A stretch of 64,000 bases of DNA, taken from the sequence record NC_026927.1, one strand, 5' to 3'. Shown in pieces: positions 47,132-55,227 of this stretch. Every line of letters begins with the position of its first letter. Within the stretch, counting starts at the first letter, position 1. Under the pieces are notes generated by a model. That model saw only the letters and a program-made list of their open reading frames with translations. It was not told the DNA's origin and made no database searches. Position numbers and translations under genes: made by a program.

Positions 47132-47486
47132 ATCAATGAAGAAACTTGTGGAAAACGTTGGACCTGATGTTTTCCATCTAATTGCTTCTGACCCATACTA
47201 TACTGAGACCTTTATGAACCTATTACCTGGTGCAATCACTGAGGTTATTGGTGACACTTCCCCTGAACTTATTGGTGCTTTGGGTATCAGTATCATGAAC
47301 AGAATTGAGTTTGTTGGTGACGATGATGGTGGTGATAATAAAGCCGCTAAAGTATGGGAGGAGAGATATAGATCTCTGTTTCGTTATGTCAAAAACACAT
47401 ACGCATCAGAGTATGTTGATGGGGCAGAATATGGTCAGATGGGTACAATGTATGGAGATTTTACTAGTACCTCGGAGTTAGACTGA
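47115..47486 (+). CDS. Hypothetical protein
   Basis: Coupled ORF. Confidence 0.65.
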   Translation: MSLSNESMKKLVENVGPDVFHLIASDPYYTETFMNLLPGAITEVIGDTSPELIGALGISIMNRIEFVGDDDGGDNKAAKVWEERYRSLFRYVKNTYASEYVDGAEYGQMGTMYGDFTSTSELD

Positions 47487-47689
47487 TGCCATCATTTACA
47501 CCCTATGGTAGATACCAACTAACATCAGTTCAGGTAGATTTGATCCTACACTGCATGAGTGAGTATAAAGGACTCACCACACAGGAAGATAACGAGAGGA
47601 GAAAGATTGTAGAAGAACTTAGCAACTCTTTTGCTGATACTGACCCATCAGATCCTTACCTAGATCATTACTATACTTGTGACTATTGA
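47486..47689 (+). CDS. Hypothetical protein
   Basis: Coupled ORF. Confidence 0.6.
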   Translation: MPSFTPYGRYQLTSVQVDLILHCMSEYKGLTTQEDNERRKIVEELSNSFADTDPSDPYLDHYYTCDY

Positions 47690-48063
47690 TGAATGAACTC
47701 TTTCCTTTTCCTGGTTTCCAGTATAGGCTAGACTATACAGATAACGGAACTCCAAAGCTATGTTGGTTTGAATGTGAGGATCATTTAGCCAAACATATAT
47801 CTAGATACAAACTAACAAAGAAAACTCACAGGGCAAAGATCCAAACCCCTCGCGGTGTGAAGTTGGCGAAAGACCCGCTATCCACCAAACCAGCCAGGAA
47901 ACGGAAAACCACCCCCCAGAAACCCAGTGATACCAAGGGTTCTAAAGTATCAAAAACACAAAAATCCATAACGAAGGGCAAGAAGGTAGAAACACCCACC
48001 CCCTCCCGTAGGAAAGCGAAGAAATCAGTTTTTAGTACCGTGGAGGACTTCTTTACCAAATGA
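47686..48063 (+). CDS. Hypothetical protein with basic K/T-rich tail
   Basis: FPFPGFQYRLDY..CWFECEDHLAKHISRYKL. Confidence 0.65.
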   Translation: MMNELFPFPGFQYRLDYTDNGTPKLCWFECEDHLAKHISRYKLTKKTHRAKIQTPRGVKLAKDPLSTKPARKRKTTPQKPSDTKGSKVSKTQKSITKGKKVETPTPSRRKAKKSVFSTVEDFFTK

Positions 48064-48251
48064 TTGTACCTAACGAATCAGAATTGCTTCACCTAAAGAT
48101 ACAAGCAGCAATGAGGGAGAATGCTTTTCCTCACAATCAGTTGATGTATCTGGGTGAGAGAGAAGATCAACACTGGTATCTAATAGCAGGAAAACATGAA
48201 GTGCCAGTAACAATGTTAGAAGGATTTGAGAGGATTGATGATGAAGAATGA
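48060..48251 (+). CDS. Hypothetical protein
   Basis: Coupled ORF. Confidence 0.6.
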   Translation: MIVPNESELLHLKIQAAMRENAFPHNQLMYLGEREDQHWYLIAGKHEVPVTMLEGFERIDDEE

Positions 48252-48393
48252 TAAACTAAAGACATATCACCTAAAGGTAAAGTTTATGGATGAACTAACC
48301 TATGGTCAGTTTATTACAGCACCCAGTGAAGAGGAAGCCATGAGACTTTTCATTGAGGAGTATATCTACATCGCGTCTGAGAGAGAAACATGA
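48241..48393 (+). CDS. Small hypothetical protein, 50 aa
   Basis: Hand-translated MKNDKLKTYHLKVKF; fills gap with overlaps at both ends. Confidence 0.55.
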   Translation: MKNDKLKTYHLKVKFMDELTYGQFITAPSEEEAMRLFIEEYIYIASERET

Positions 48394-48581
48394 ACTATAA
48401 TAAGGTGGCTGAGGCTCTTCACGAAGAAGTAACTGATTATATCTTTAAGAACCATTATCACCATATCAAATCAGTTTATACTGATGTTGTTGAGGAATAC
48501 ATAGAGAGGGAAGTGGGTCCTCTAACTGAGAAGAACCACAAACAACTAGTTAAACAACTCGTTAAATTCTACATCTCCTGA
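48390..48581 (+). CDS. Hypothetical protein
   Basis: Coupled ORF. Confidence 0.6.
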   Translation: MNYNKVAEALHEEVTDYIFKNHYHHIKSVYTDVVEEYIEREVGPLTEKNHKQLVKQLVKFYIS

Positions 48582-48595
48582 TTGAGCTTTTCGTT

Positions 48596-48805
48596 ATGTC
48601 TTCACCATCAGCATTCACACCAGCATTAGGTCTAGAAGTTGAATACAGGGGCTTTGTGGGTTATATCAAGTTTATAGATGAAGAATATTTAACAGTGTGT
48701 GTGAAGAAGAAAGAGCACCAAATGTTTGGTGATGTTTGTATGGTTGTGTATCCAAGTCAGTGGGAACACATTAAACTAATGGGCGGACCTCACAGAGACC
48801 GCTAG
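48596..48805 (+). CDS. Hypothetical protein
   Basis: GYIKFIDEEYLTVCV; stop is first codon of cassette 20. Confidence 0.65.
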   Translation: MSSPSAFTPALGLEVEYRGFVGYIKFIDEEYLTVCVKKKEHQMFGDVCMVVYPSQWEHIKLMGGPHRDR

Positions 48806-48889
48806 GACAGCTGAGGAAGTGGCACAAGGGGGCTAGGCAAGCCCCCTTTGTCGTGCTATACTATATTCATACCAAAGGGAACCACCCCC
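48803..48889 (+). promoter_or_regulatory. Cassette copy 20
   Basis: TAGGACAGC-TGAGGA-AGTGGCACA; downstream part identical to copy 8. Confidence 0.9.
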
Positions 48890-49036
48890 ATGACTATCAA
48901 CCTCAAAAGTCTATTCATCACCACTTGTGTGGGTCTCACCCTAATACTAGGGAGCTTCGCTTTTACCAGTGATTATGGTACTGAGACCGGGCGTGGCGAA
49001 CAGACTGAGAGCCCTTACTACGGACCCGCTTTCTAA
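48890..49036 (+). CDS. Small exported/membrane protein, 48 aa
   Basis: Hydrophobic N-terminus. Confidence 0.65.
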   Translation: MTINLKSLFITTCVGLTLILGSFAFTSDYGTETGRGEQTESPYYGPAF

Positions 49037-49104
49037 AGTGGCACAAGGGGGGTTGGCAAGACCCTCTACACCTGCTATACTAAACACATACCAAACAAAG
49101 AACC
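49037..49104 (+). promoter_or_regulatory. Cassette copy 21 (half site)
   Basis: AGTGGCACA directly after stop TAA. Confidence 0.85.
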
Positions 49105-49281
49105 ATGTTCAAACTTCAACTCAAGTGGCAGAAAGAAGGTGAGTGGATTGATACAGTATACGCTCCTACAGAATACGCAACAGCTTTCTTTCGTTGGAGA
49201 CAGTACCAAGAGCTTTGGGGTGATACTCACACCTATCGCCTCCTCGATGTGACACCTCAGGAAGTGGCACAAGCCTCCTAG
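49105..49281 (+). CDS. Small hypothetical protein, 58 aa
   Basis: Hand-translated MFKLQLKWQKEGEW..DVTPQEVAQAS. Confidence 0.65.
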   Translation: MFKLQLKWQKEGEWIDTVYAPTEYATAFFRWRQYQELWGDTHTYRLLDVTPQEVAQAS

Positions 49282-49330
49282 GCAAACCACCCCACACCTG
49301 CTATACTAAACACATACCAAACAAAGAACC
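49248..49330 (+). promoter_or_regulatory. Cassette copy 22
   Basis: TGTGACACC-TCAGGA-AGTGGCACA. Confidence 0.9.
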
Positions 49331-49612
49331 ATGAATTTCAAGTCCTTCCTTCTTTCCTCACTCATCGTCACCACCGGGCTAGTAGCCTCAGCACCAGGAG
49401 CCAAAGCCGCTGAATGTTTCATGGGTGATGGCTATCGGGTTTGTATGGAGAGCTTAGGCATGAATCGTTGGGAAGTATCCTTCGAGAACAACCATGGCTC
49501 AGAGTTTATGGAGGTTCAGTGTATTGGCAAGAGTGTGAGTGATTGGACATCACGAGGTGATTTGAGTCAGTCTGAGGCAAACTATCTCGCAGAACAGTTC
49601 TGTTCCTGGTAA
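49331..49612 (+). CDS. Exported 4-Cys small protein
   Basis: Signal peptide; paralog-like to 53018. Confidence 0.75.
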   Translation: MNFKSFLLSSLIVTTGLVASAPGAKAAECFMGDGYRVCMESLGMNRWEVSFENNHGSEFMEVQCIGKSVSDWTSRGDLSQSEANYLAEQFCSW

Positions 49613-49645
49613 GATATAACAACTAACCAACTCTACACTATTATC

Positions 49646-49804
49646 ATGTTTGTATCCTTCACTGAAATCCAAGACTACATTCGCGAAGATCAATACACAT
49701 ATAGTGAGCGCCAGTTCCGCTCACGCAAGTATAAAAAGAACGAACGTCGTTATCAGCGTCGTCAGAAGCAACAACAAAGAGAACGCAACTACGATAGCGT
49801 GTGA
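49646..49804 (+). CDS. Small basic hypothetical protein, 52 aa
   Basis: Hand-translated MFVSFTEIQDY..RRYQRRQKQQQRE. Confidence 0.6.
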   Translation: MFVSFTEIQDYIREDQYTYSERQFRSRKYKKNERRYQRRQKQQQRERNYDSV

Positions 49805-49883
49805 CAGTTGGAGAAGTGGCACACACTTCTCCGCAAACCCCCTAGGGGGTGCTATACTATATTCATACCAAAGGGAACCACCC
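49800..49883 (+). promoter_or_regulatory. Cassette copy 23
   Basis: TGTGACAGT-TGGAGA-AGTGGCACA. Confidence 0.9.
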
Positions 49884-50108
49884 ATGACCACCACCACTCC
49901 AAACCTCTACAACGAAGCTATCCGTCGTTTGGCTGACGGTTTCTCCTCAGAGTTCGCTGAGTTCTGTGCAGGAGACGAGAGGGTTCACGAGATCATGATG
50001 GACCTCGCTAGTGAGTTTGTAGAAACCAATATCCCTGTAGTGAGTGAGGAGAGCCAAACCGATGTGGCATCTGAGCTCCTCATGAGTATCACAGTCACCA
50101 AGGTGTGA
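49884..50108 (+). CDS. Hypothetical protein
   Basis: Start refined to cassette ATG. Confidence 0.7.
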   Translation: MTTTTPNLYNEAIRRLADGFSSEFAEFCAGDERVHEIMMDLASEFVETNIPVVSEESQTDVASELLMSITVTKV

Positions 50109-50188
50109 CAGTCTAGGAACTGGCACAAGGGGGGTTGGCAAGACCCCCCAAAACCTCTATACTAAACACATACCAAACAACCCAGACC
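50104..50188 (+). promoter_or_regulatory. Cassette copy 24
   Basis: TGTGACAGT-CTAGGA-ACTGGCACA. Confidence 0.9.
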
Positions 50189-50737
50189 ATGAACTTCAAG
50201 AAACTCCTCCTTTCCACCCTCGCACTTGGTTCAGTTGTAGCCCCTTCAGCAAACGCTGGTTATACCTATGAGGGTTACCACTTGATGGATGGTTCTGACT
50301 TTCCTGGTTATGAGAGAGTGGCAACCCCAATGATTCAGGCTCTCAATGAAATGGGTGTTCCTGTTGTTGATGGTGGTAAGAATAACGTAGAAATGTGTAT
50401 TCCTGAAGAGGAGAAGATGACTCTTGGTTTCTATGTTCCAGCATCCAATGTGATGGTTATCTGCACCAAGTCTATCCCAGGTTGGCTCCAGATGGAGACA
50501 CTTACCCACGAAACAGTTCATGTTATCCAAGACGCAAGAGCTGGTATTGATAACGGAGATTTGGGAGAGGCACCAACCGATCACCTTATCACCCTCGCTA
50601 ATGAGATGGATCCCGATAAGATGAATATCATCTACAGCCTCTACGATGAGTCTGATTACGCAGTAGAGATTGAAGCTTTCTACTTTGAAACAGAACCCCA
50701 GGTGGTTATGAATGAGATCCAACGTTGGGCATTCTGA
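50189..50737 (+). CDS. Exported zincin-like metallopeptidase
   Basis: Signal peptide; THETVHVIQD (HExxH) and distal EIEA. Confidence 0.7.
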   Translation: MNFKKLLLSTLALGSVVAPSANAGYTYEGYHLMDGSDFPGYERVATPMIQALNEMGVPVVDGGKNNVEMCIPEEEKMTLGFYVPASNVMVICTKSIPGWLQMETLTHETVHVIQDARAGIDNGDLGEAPTDHLITLANEMDPDKMNIIYSLYDESDYAVEIEAFYFETEPQVVMNEIQRWAF

Positions 50738-50779
50738 TACACTAAGTAACACTCACCAAACACACTAACTAACAACATC

Positions 50780-51166
50780 ATGGGCACACGTTCACGCATC
50801 GGTTATCAACTTCCAACTGGCAATATCGTTTCTGTGTATCATCATTGGGATTCCTATCCTACGTGGTTGGGTAAGAGACTCACCAAAAACTATATCACTG
50901 ATAAAACTATCACCGAACTGATTGATGGTGGCGATATGTCATCTATCGAGAGTAATCGCGACTGGGATCTTAATGAAGTTGCCCCACATGTTCAGTATTA
51001 TTCACAACGTGGTGACACTGGATGTGAACCTCTCCTTCACAAAAACCAAAGAGAGTTTATCAAAACCACTGTAGACTGTTGGGGTGAGTATTCCTACCTA
51101 TACAGGAATGGACGTTGGTTCTGTTATGATGAGAAGGGTAAGTCTGTTTCACTGAAGAACTTATGA
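50780..51166 (+). CDS. Conserved phage hypothetical protein
   Basis: MGTRSRIG..SVYHHWDSYP..LG. Confidence 0.75.
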   Translation: MGTRSRIGYQLPTGNIVSVYHHWDSYPTWLGKRLTKNYITDKTITELIDGGDMSSIESNRDWDLNEVAPHVQYYSQRGDTGCEPLLHKNQREFIKTTVDCWGEYSYLYRNGRWFCYDEKGKSVSLKNL

Positions 51167-51498
51167 TTAGCAAACTGTTTTCACTATCTCTTGTTCTTGC
51201 GGGTTCTATCTTACCCGCACAGGCATACCCTAATATCATATATTGGGAACGCATTGATTGTAACCTCATCACCGAAACTATCCAGAAGTGTGATAGGTAC
51301 AATGGGCAGAATGGAGTTTTCATCGAATCATACTACCTGGACATATACACAAACGAACATAGCTTTATAGATCCACGAGGACCTGAAATAGTTGTACCTG
51401 ATGTAATAGAAGAAGAGACACTAGATGATATCCAACCTGATGTAGAATACAACGAACCGATAACAACAACAGACCCACTCCTGAATGATAGTTACTGA
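51163..51498 (+). CDS. Hypothetical exported protein
   Basis: Signal peptide ending PAQA. Confidence 0.65.
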   Translation: MISKLFSLSLVLAGSILPAQAYPNIIYWERIDCNLITETIQKCDRYNGQNGVFIESYYLDIYTNEHSFIDPRGPEIVVPDVIEEETLDDIQPDVEYNEPITTTDPLLNDSY

Positions 51499-51548
51499 TT
51501 TTTCCATATTCCTGTCGGCAACCACCTCCTACCATACCCCCTGCCAAA

Positions 51549-51655
51549 CCGATATGGATTTTTCACCTTTTCCGTCTAGTGACTCACTGGGTTCTCAGTG
51601 GGACCAAAATGAGAATCCACCCCCATACCCCCAGACAGAGCAAAACTCATAACCA
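51549..51655 (+). repeat. Second non-coding element, copy B
   Basis: Shares three blocks and spacing with 41720-41827. Confidence 0.75.
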
Positions 51656-51736
51656 TGTGACAGTTGGATTAGTGGCACACGAAAGCCCGCAAACCCCTCA
51701 GGGGGTGCTATACTAAACCCATACACAACAAAACCA
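51656..51736 (+). promoter_or_regulatory. Cassette copy 25
   Basis: TGTGACAGT-TGGATT-AGTGGCACA. Confidence 0.9.
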
Positions 51737-52093
51737 ATGATCTACTCTATCACTCACCAGGAGACTGGCATTACGTATTCAGTTAGCACTGAAGATATTC
51801 GTAAAGTTGCTAACATCCTCCCAATGAACTCTGAGGAGTTGGCTGACATGATGACAGGTCTGAATTGTGACTCATATGCAGATATGGCAGAAGAGTATAT
51901 TGAAGAAGTTGCGGATATGTATGATGATGTGGCACTGGCAACTGATAAGTTTATGAGTAGCACTGATGAAAGGGCACAAACAACGTTCGCCTACTATCGT
52001 ATCATGAACTGTGATAACTCTGATGAAGTGACTACACAATATTGGCGTGATGACGCTATGGCTATGATCACTGACTACAATGATCGCAAATGA
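51737..52093 (+). CDS. Hypothetical acidic protein
   Basis: Cassette ATG. Confidence 0.7.
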   Translation: MIYSITHQETGITYSVSTEDIRKVANILPMNSEELADMMTGLNCDSYADMAEEYIEEVADMYDDVALATDKFMSSTDERAQTTFAYYRIMNCDNSDEVTTQYWRDDAMAMITDYNDRK

Positions 52094-52401
52094 AACGCTA
52101 CGGACTTTATTGGCTGAGAGCTATCACCCTAGGTGCTGGTCTAAACTTTGTTCTGACTGGTTATCTCATGGGTCACCAAAAGTGGAAGTTTCAACATGCA
52201 GCTCCACTCTCAGCGTTTATCTGTGTGAATCTATCGTATGTGGCGGATCGTCTTATCTTTGGTGATAAGAAGGAACCTGAAGATTTAGATCCAGATACTA
52301 TTGTTATATCAACCCCACACTGTTGCCCCGTATGTTCAGAGTATCCTTGCACTTGTGACACTTGGGAAAGTGGCACAACCCCCCTAGGCAACACCCTCTG
52401 A
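52090..52401 (+). CDS. Hypothetical membrane protein with Cys-rich tail
   Basis: Two hydrophobic segments; CCPVCSEYPCTC; reads through cassette 26. Confidence 0.6.
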   Translation: MKRYGLYWLRAITLGAGLNFVLTGYLMGHQKWKFQHAAPLSAFICVNLSYVADRLIFGDKKEPEDLDPDTIVISTPHCCPVCSEYPCTCDTWESGTTPLGNTL

Positions 52402-52437
52402 ACCTGCTATACTAAACACATACCAAAGGAACCAACC
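52354..52437 (+). promoter_or_regulatory. Cassette copy 26
   Basis: TGTGACACT-TGGGAA-AGTGGCACA. Confidence 0.9.
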
Positions 52438-52635
52438 ATGAAAGTCTCTCAGGAAGTTTTCAAGAGTTACATTCAGATACTGGATGAAAACACACAAACA
52501 TCATGGGATATCCTAAATGTTTTGAATGATATTGTTAGAGGTGACTGGGATAACTCAGTCCAGTATTGTTTGGAAAATCCATCAGGCGACCCTATGGATG
52601 ATTTCAACTACGCAGGCAGTCGCCACCACTATTGA
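52438..52635 (+). CDS. Hypothetical protein
   Basis: Cassette ATG; DDFNYAGSRHHY end. Confidence 0.7.
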   Translation: MKVSQEVFKSYIQILDENTQTSWDILNVLNDIVRGDWDNSVQYCLENPSGDPMDDFNYAGSRHHY

Positions 52636-52664
52636 TCACTAACTCACCACACTAACTAACAACT

Positions 52665-52949
52665 ATGACACGCACTCCAATGACAGTCACCCTCAAGCGT
52701 AGCGACTGGGAATGTTATACAGACACCCCCGATACTATCATCGAAACTATCAACTCATACTTCTCTTATGTGTTATCAACTAAAGATAACGCGTTTGATG
52801 CACAGTCTGAGATATTCAAGTTTCTGAATATGTTTAGTGAGTTTGGGTTTATGGATAGTGAGTGCCTAGAATGTGCAACTAGAGTTATCAATCGTTACTT
52901 TGATTCATATCTTTCCCGCTGGAGTCAGGTGGGTGATGTGACAGTCTAG
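52665..52949 (+). CDS. Hypothetical protein
   Basis: Ends ..DVTV* in cassette 27. Confidence 0.7.
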   Translation: MTRTPMTVTLKRSDWECYTDTPDTIIETINSYFSYVLSTKDNAFDAQSEIFKFLNMFSEFGFMDSECLECATRVINRYFDSYLSRWSQVGDVTV

Positions 52950-53017
52950 GAACTGGCACACGCTTCTCCGCAAACCCCTCAGGGGGTGCTATACTATATT
53001 CATACCAAAGGAACCAA
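52937..53017 (+). promoter_or_regulatory. Cassette copy 27
   Basis: TGTGACAGT-CTAGGA-ACTGGCACA. Confidence 0.9.
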
Positions 53018-53335
53018 ATGAATTTCAGAACACTAGCACTCACCACCACCCTGGCTCTCTCCACTGTCCTAGGTGGTTTGGCTCCTGAAGCTAAGTCAGC
53101 TGACTTTTGTGACAACATCCCCGGCAACTCGGGATACGTTTGTGTTACCATGGGTCTCTGGTTCGACTTGGTTGAGGCAGACATACCCGCCTTTGGTGGT
53201 AAAGAGTCATTACACATCACCTGTGACAATGGTTGGTCATACCGATCTAATGGTAACTGGAACAAAGACGCCGCTTCCCTTGTGGCTAAGGAGTACTGTG
53301 AAGGTGCTGGCTGGAACAGCCACTCCGAGGTGTGA
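53018..53335 (+). CDS. Exported 4-Cys small protein
   Basis: Signal peptide; paralog-like to 49331. Confidence 0.75.
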   Translation: MNFRTLALTTTLALSTVLGGLAPEAKSADFCDNIPGNSGYVCVTMGLWFDLVEADIPAFGGKESLHITCDNGWSYRSNGNWNKDAASLVAKEYCEGAGWNSHSEV

Positions 53336-53414
53336 CAGTCTAGGAAGTGGCACAAGCCCCCTAGGCAAGACCCCTCGGGTCTGCTATACTATATTCATAC
53401 CAAACAAAGAAACC
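53331..53414 (+). promoter_or_regulatory. Cassette copy 28
   Basis: TGTGACAGT-CTAGGA-AGTGGCACA. Confidence 0.9.
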
Positions 53415-53687
53415 ATGTTTCCACACCTCCACATCTCTGAATCCAACCTCGGACCTCACACCTCCACGTTTTTCAAAGTATCATCACAACCACAAGATGA
53501 GTGGCAGAATGGCATTTTCCATAACTCACCTTATGGCATCTTTCACCTTCATTCTGAGAAAGGTGTTTATAAGTTGGAACTATCTTCCTCAGGTTTGAAT
53601 ACGCCGAAATTCAGGAAATGTAAGTGTGAAGATGAACTCACCGCACTCACTAAGATTCGTAAGTGGATGGATTCTTTCACCAACTGA
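53415..53687 (+). CDS. Hypothetical protein
   Basis: Start refined to cassette ATG. Confidence 0.7.
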   Translation: MFPHLHISESNLGPHTSTFFKVSSQPQDEWQNGIFHNSPYGIFHLHSEKGVYKLELSSSGLNTPKFRKCKCEDELTALTKIRKWMDSFTN

Positions 53688-53698
53688 TGTTATAATAA

Positions 53699-53722
53699 GA
53701 GGAGAATAACTCCTCTTTTTTT
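53699..53722 (+). terminator. Terminator-like hairpin directly before HNH gene
   Basis: GAGGAG-AATAA-CTCCTC-T7, preceded by TGTTATAAT. Confidence 0.6.
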
Positions 53723-54118
53723 ATGCCTAAGACCACGCACGGGATGTATGGAACACTGACATATAATAGTTGGGTTTCTATGAAATCAAGATGTAAGACC
53801 CAAGAGTGTTACAAAGGCGTGACAATATGTGAGAGTTGGCAAACATTTGAAGGGTTCTATTCTGATATGGGAGTGAGACCATCTAAGCAACATACACTGG
53901 ATAGGATAGACAATAGCAAAGGTTATACTCCATCCAATGTAAGATGGGCGACCAAGAAAGAACAGATAGACAATAGAACAATAGCAGTAACACTTACCAT
54001 TGATGGTGTTACTAAACCTCTACAAGACTGGTGCGATGAGTATAACCTAAACTACTGGACTTGCTGGAGCAGATTGAAACAATACAACTACACTGATAGA
54101 CAAGTTTTAGGGTTGTGA
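53723..54118 (+). CDS. HNH homing-endonuclease-like protein
   Basis: THG..YNSWVSMKSRC, TLDRIDNSKGYTPSNVRWAT. Confidence 0.85.
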   Translation: MPKTTHGMYGTLTYNSWVSMKSRCKTQECYKGVTICESWQTFEGFYSDMGVRPSKQHTLDRIDNSKGYTPSNVRWATKKEQIDNRTIAVTLTIDGVTKPLQDWCDEYNLNYWTCWSRLKQYNYTDRQVLGL

Positions 54119-54198
54119 CAGTTGGAGAAGTGGCACAACCCCCCTAGGCAAGACCCTTCACACCTGCTATACTATATTCATACCAAACAACCACACCA
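54114..54198 (+). promoter_or_regulatory. Cassette copy 29
   Basis: TGTGACAGT-TGGAGA-AGTGGCACA. Confidence 0.9.
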
Positions 54199-54372
54199 AT
54201 GAACCGACTAGAACTACTGACCCAACGTGAACAACTGATGGAGAGGATTGACTCTATCTGTGATGAATTCTTTTATAAGAACTATAATGGAGATACGTCA
54301 GAAGCAGATGAATTAGTTCGTATTCTATGTGATGCTGTTTGTGAAACCATAGACCCAGCGGGCATGGTGTGA
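54199..54372 (+). CDS. Small hypothetical protein, 57 aa
   Basis: Hand-translated MNRLELLTQREQLMERIDSI..ILCDAVCE. Confidence 0.7.
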   Translation: MNRLELLTQREQLMERIDSICDEFFYKNYNGDTSEADELVRILCDAVCETIDPAGMV

Positions 54373-54452
54373 CAGTTGGAGAAGTGGCACAAGCCCCCTA
54401 GGCAAACCCCTCCGTACCTGCTATACTATATTCATACCAAAGGAAACCGACC
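54368..54452 (+). promoter_or_regulatory. Cassette copy 30
   Basis: TGTGACAGT-TGGAGA-AGTGGCACA. Confidence 0.9.
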
Positions 54453-54716
54453 ATGTTCCAAGTCTGTACCGAAGACGCTCTAGATCACCGCTACACAATT
54501 GATGAGTTTGAGACACTGGAAGAAGCCCAATCTTGTTATAACGAGTGTGTGAAGGTTGGAGCTGAGGGTTATGAGATTTCGGTTGAGTTAGAGGAAATCA
54601 TTGGCGATCATGATGATTACGTTTCCATCGAGTTCACCGAGTGGTTTACACAAGAGAGTTGGGAGGAAGCTCATCCCTGGAATGAGAAGGAAGGAGTATG
54701 GGAAAACATAGACTGA
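54453..54716 (+). CDS. Hypothetical acidic protein
   Basis: Cassette ATG. Confidence 0.7.
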   Translation: MFQVCTEDALDHRYTIDEFETLEEAQSCYNECVKVGAEGYEISVELEEIIGDHDDYVSIEFTEWFTQESWEEAHPWNEKEGVWENID

Positions 54717-54803
54717 TGTGACAGTTGGAGAAGTGGCACAAGCCCCCTAGGCAAACCCCCCCATACCTGCTATACTAAACACATACCAAACAAAGGAAAC
54801 CAC
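54717..54803 (+). promoter_or_regulatory. Cassette copy 31
   Basis: TGTGACAGT-TGGAGA-AGTGGCACA. Confidence 0.9.
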
Positions 54804-55145
54804 ATGACCACCACCCAAACCAAAACCGAGTTCCTCACCGAGGCAATGATCGAACAGGTGAACAACCTCTGGAAGGTTTATAACGTGGAGTCAGGTCACA
54901 CCATCACCCCACTTCTTAAGTATGAAGTGGCTAAGAAGTACATCAAGGTCTATCGTTTAGACGTTGTGAATGGTGAGATTCGTGACGGTCGTTCAGTGTT
55001 TATGTTTATCGATAAGGAGACTGGTGCAGTTCTGAAACCAGCCTCATGGAGAGCACCCGCTAAGGGTATCCGGTTCTACATTGAGTCGTTGGCTGAGAAT
55101 CCTGAGCTGGTTGATCAGTATGGTAGTTTCCTCTACCGTCGCTGA
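54804..55145 (+). CDS. Conserved phage hypothetical protein
   Basis: KYIKV..SVFMFIDKETGAVLKPASWRAPAKGIRF. Confidence 0.75.
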   Translation: MTTTQTKTEFLTEAMIEQVNNLWKVYNVESGHTITPLLKYEVAKKYIKVYRLDVVNGEIRDGRSVFMFIDKETGAVLKPASWRAPAKGIRFYIESLAENPELVDQYGSFLYRR

Positions 55146-55227
55146 TGTGACAGCCACCAAGGTGGCACAGGGGGGCTAGGCAGCTCCCCTTCTTTATGCT
55201 ATACTATATTCATACCAAAGGACCCCG
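55146..55227 (+). promoter_or_regulatory. Cassette copy 32
   Basis: TGTGACAGC-CACCAA-GGTGGCACA. Confidence 0.88.
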
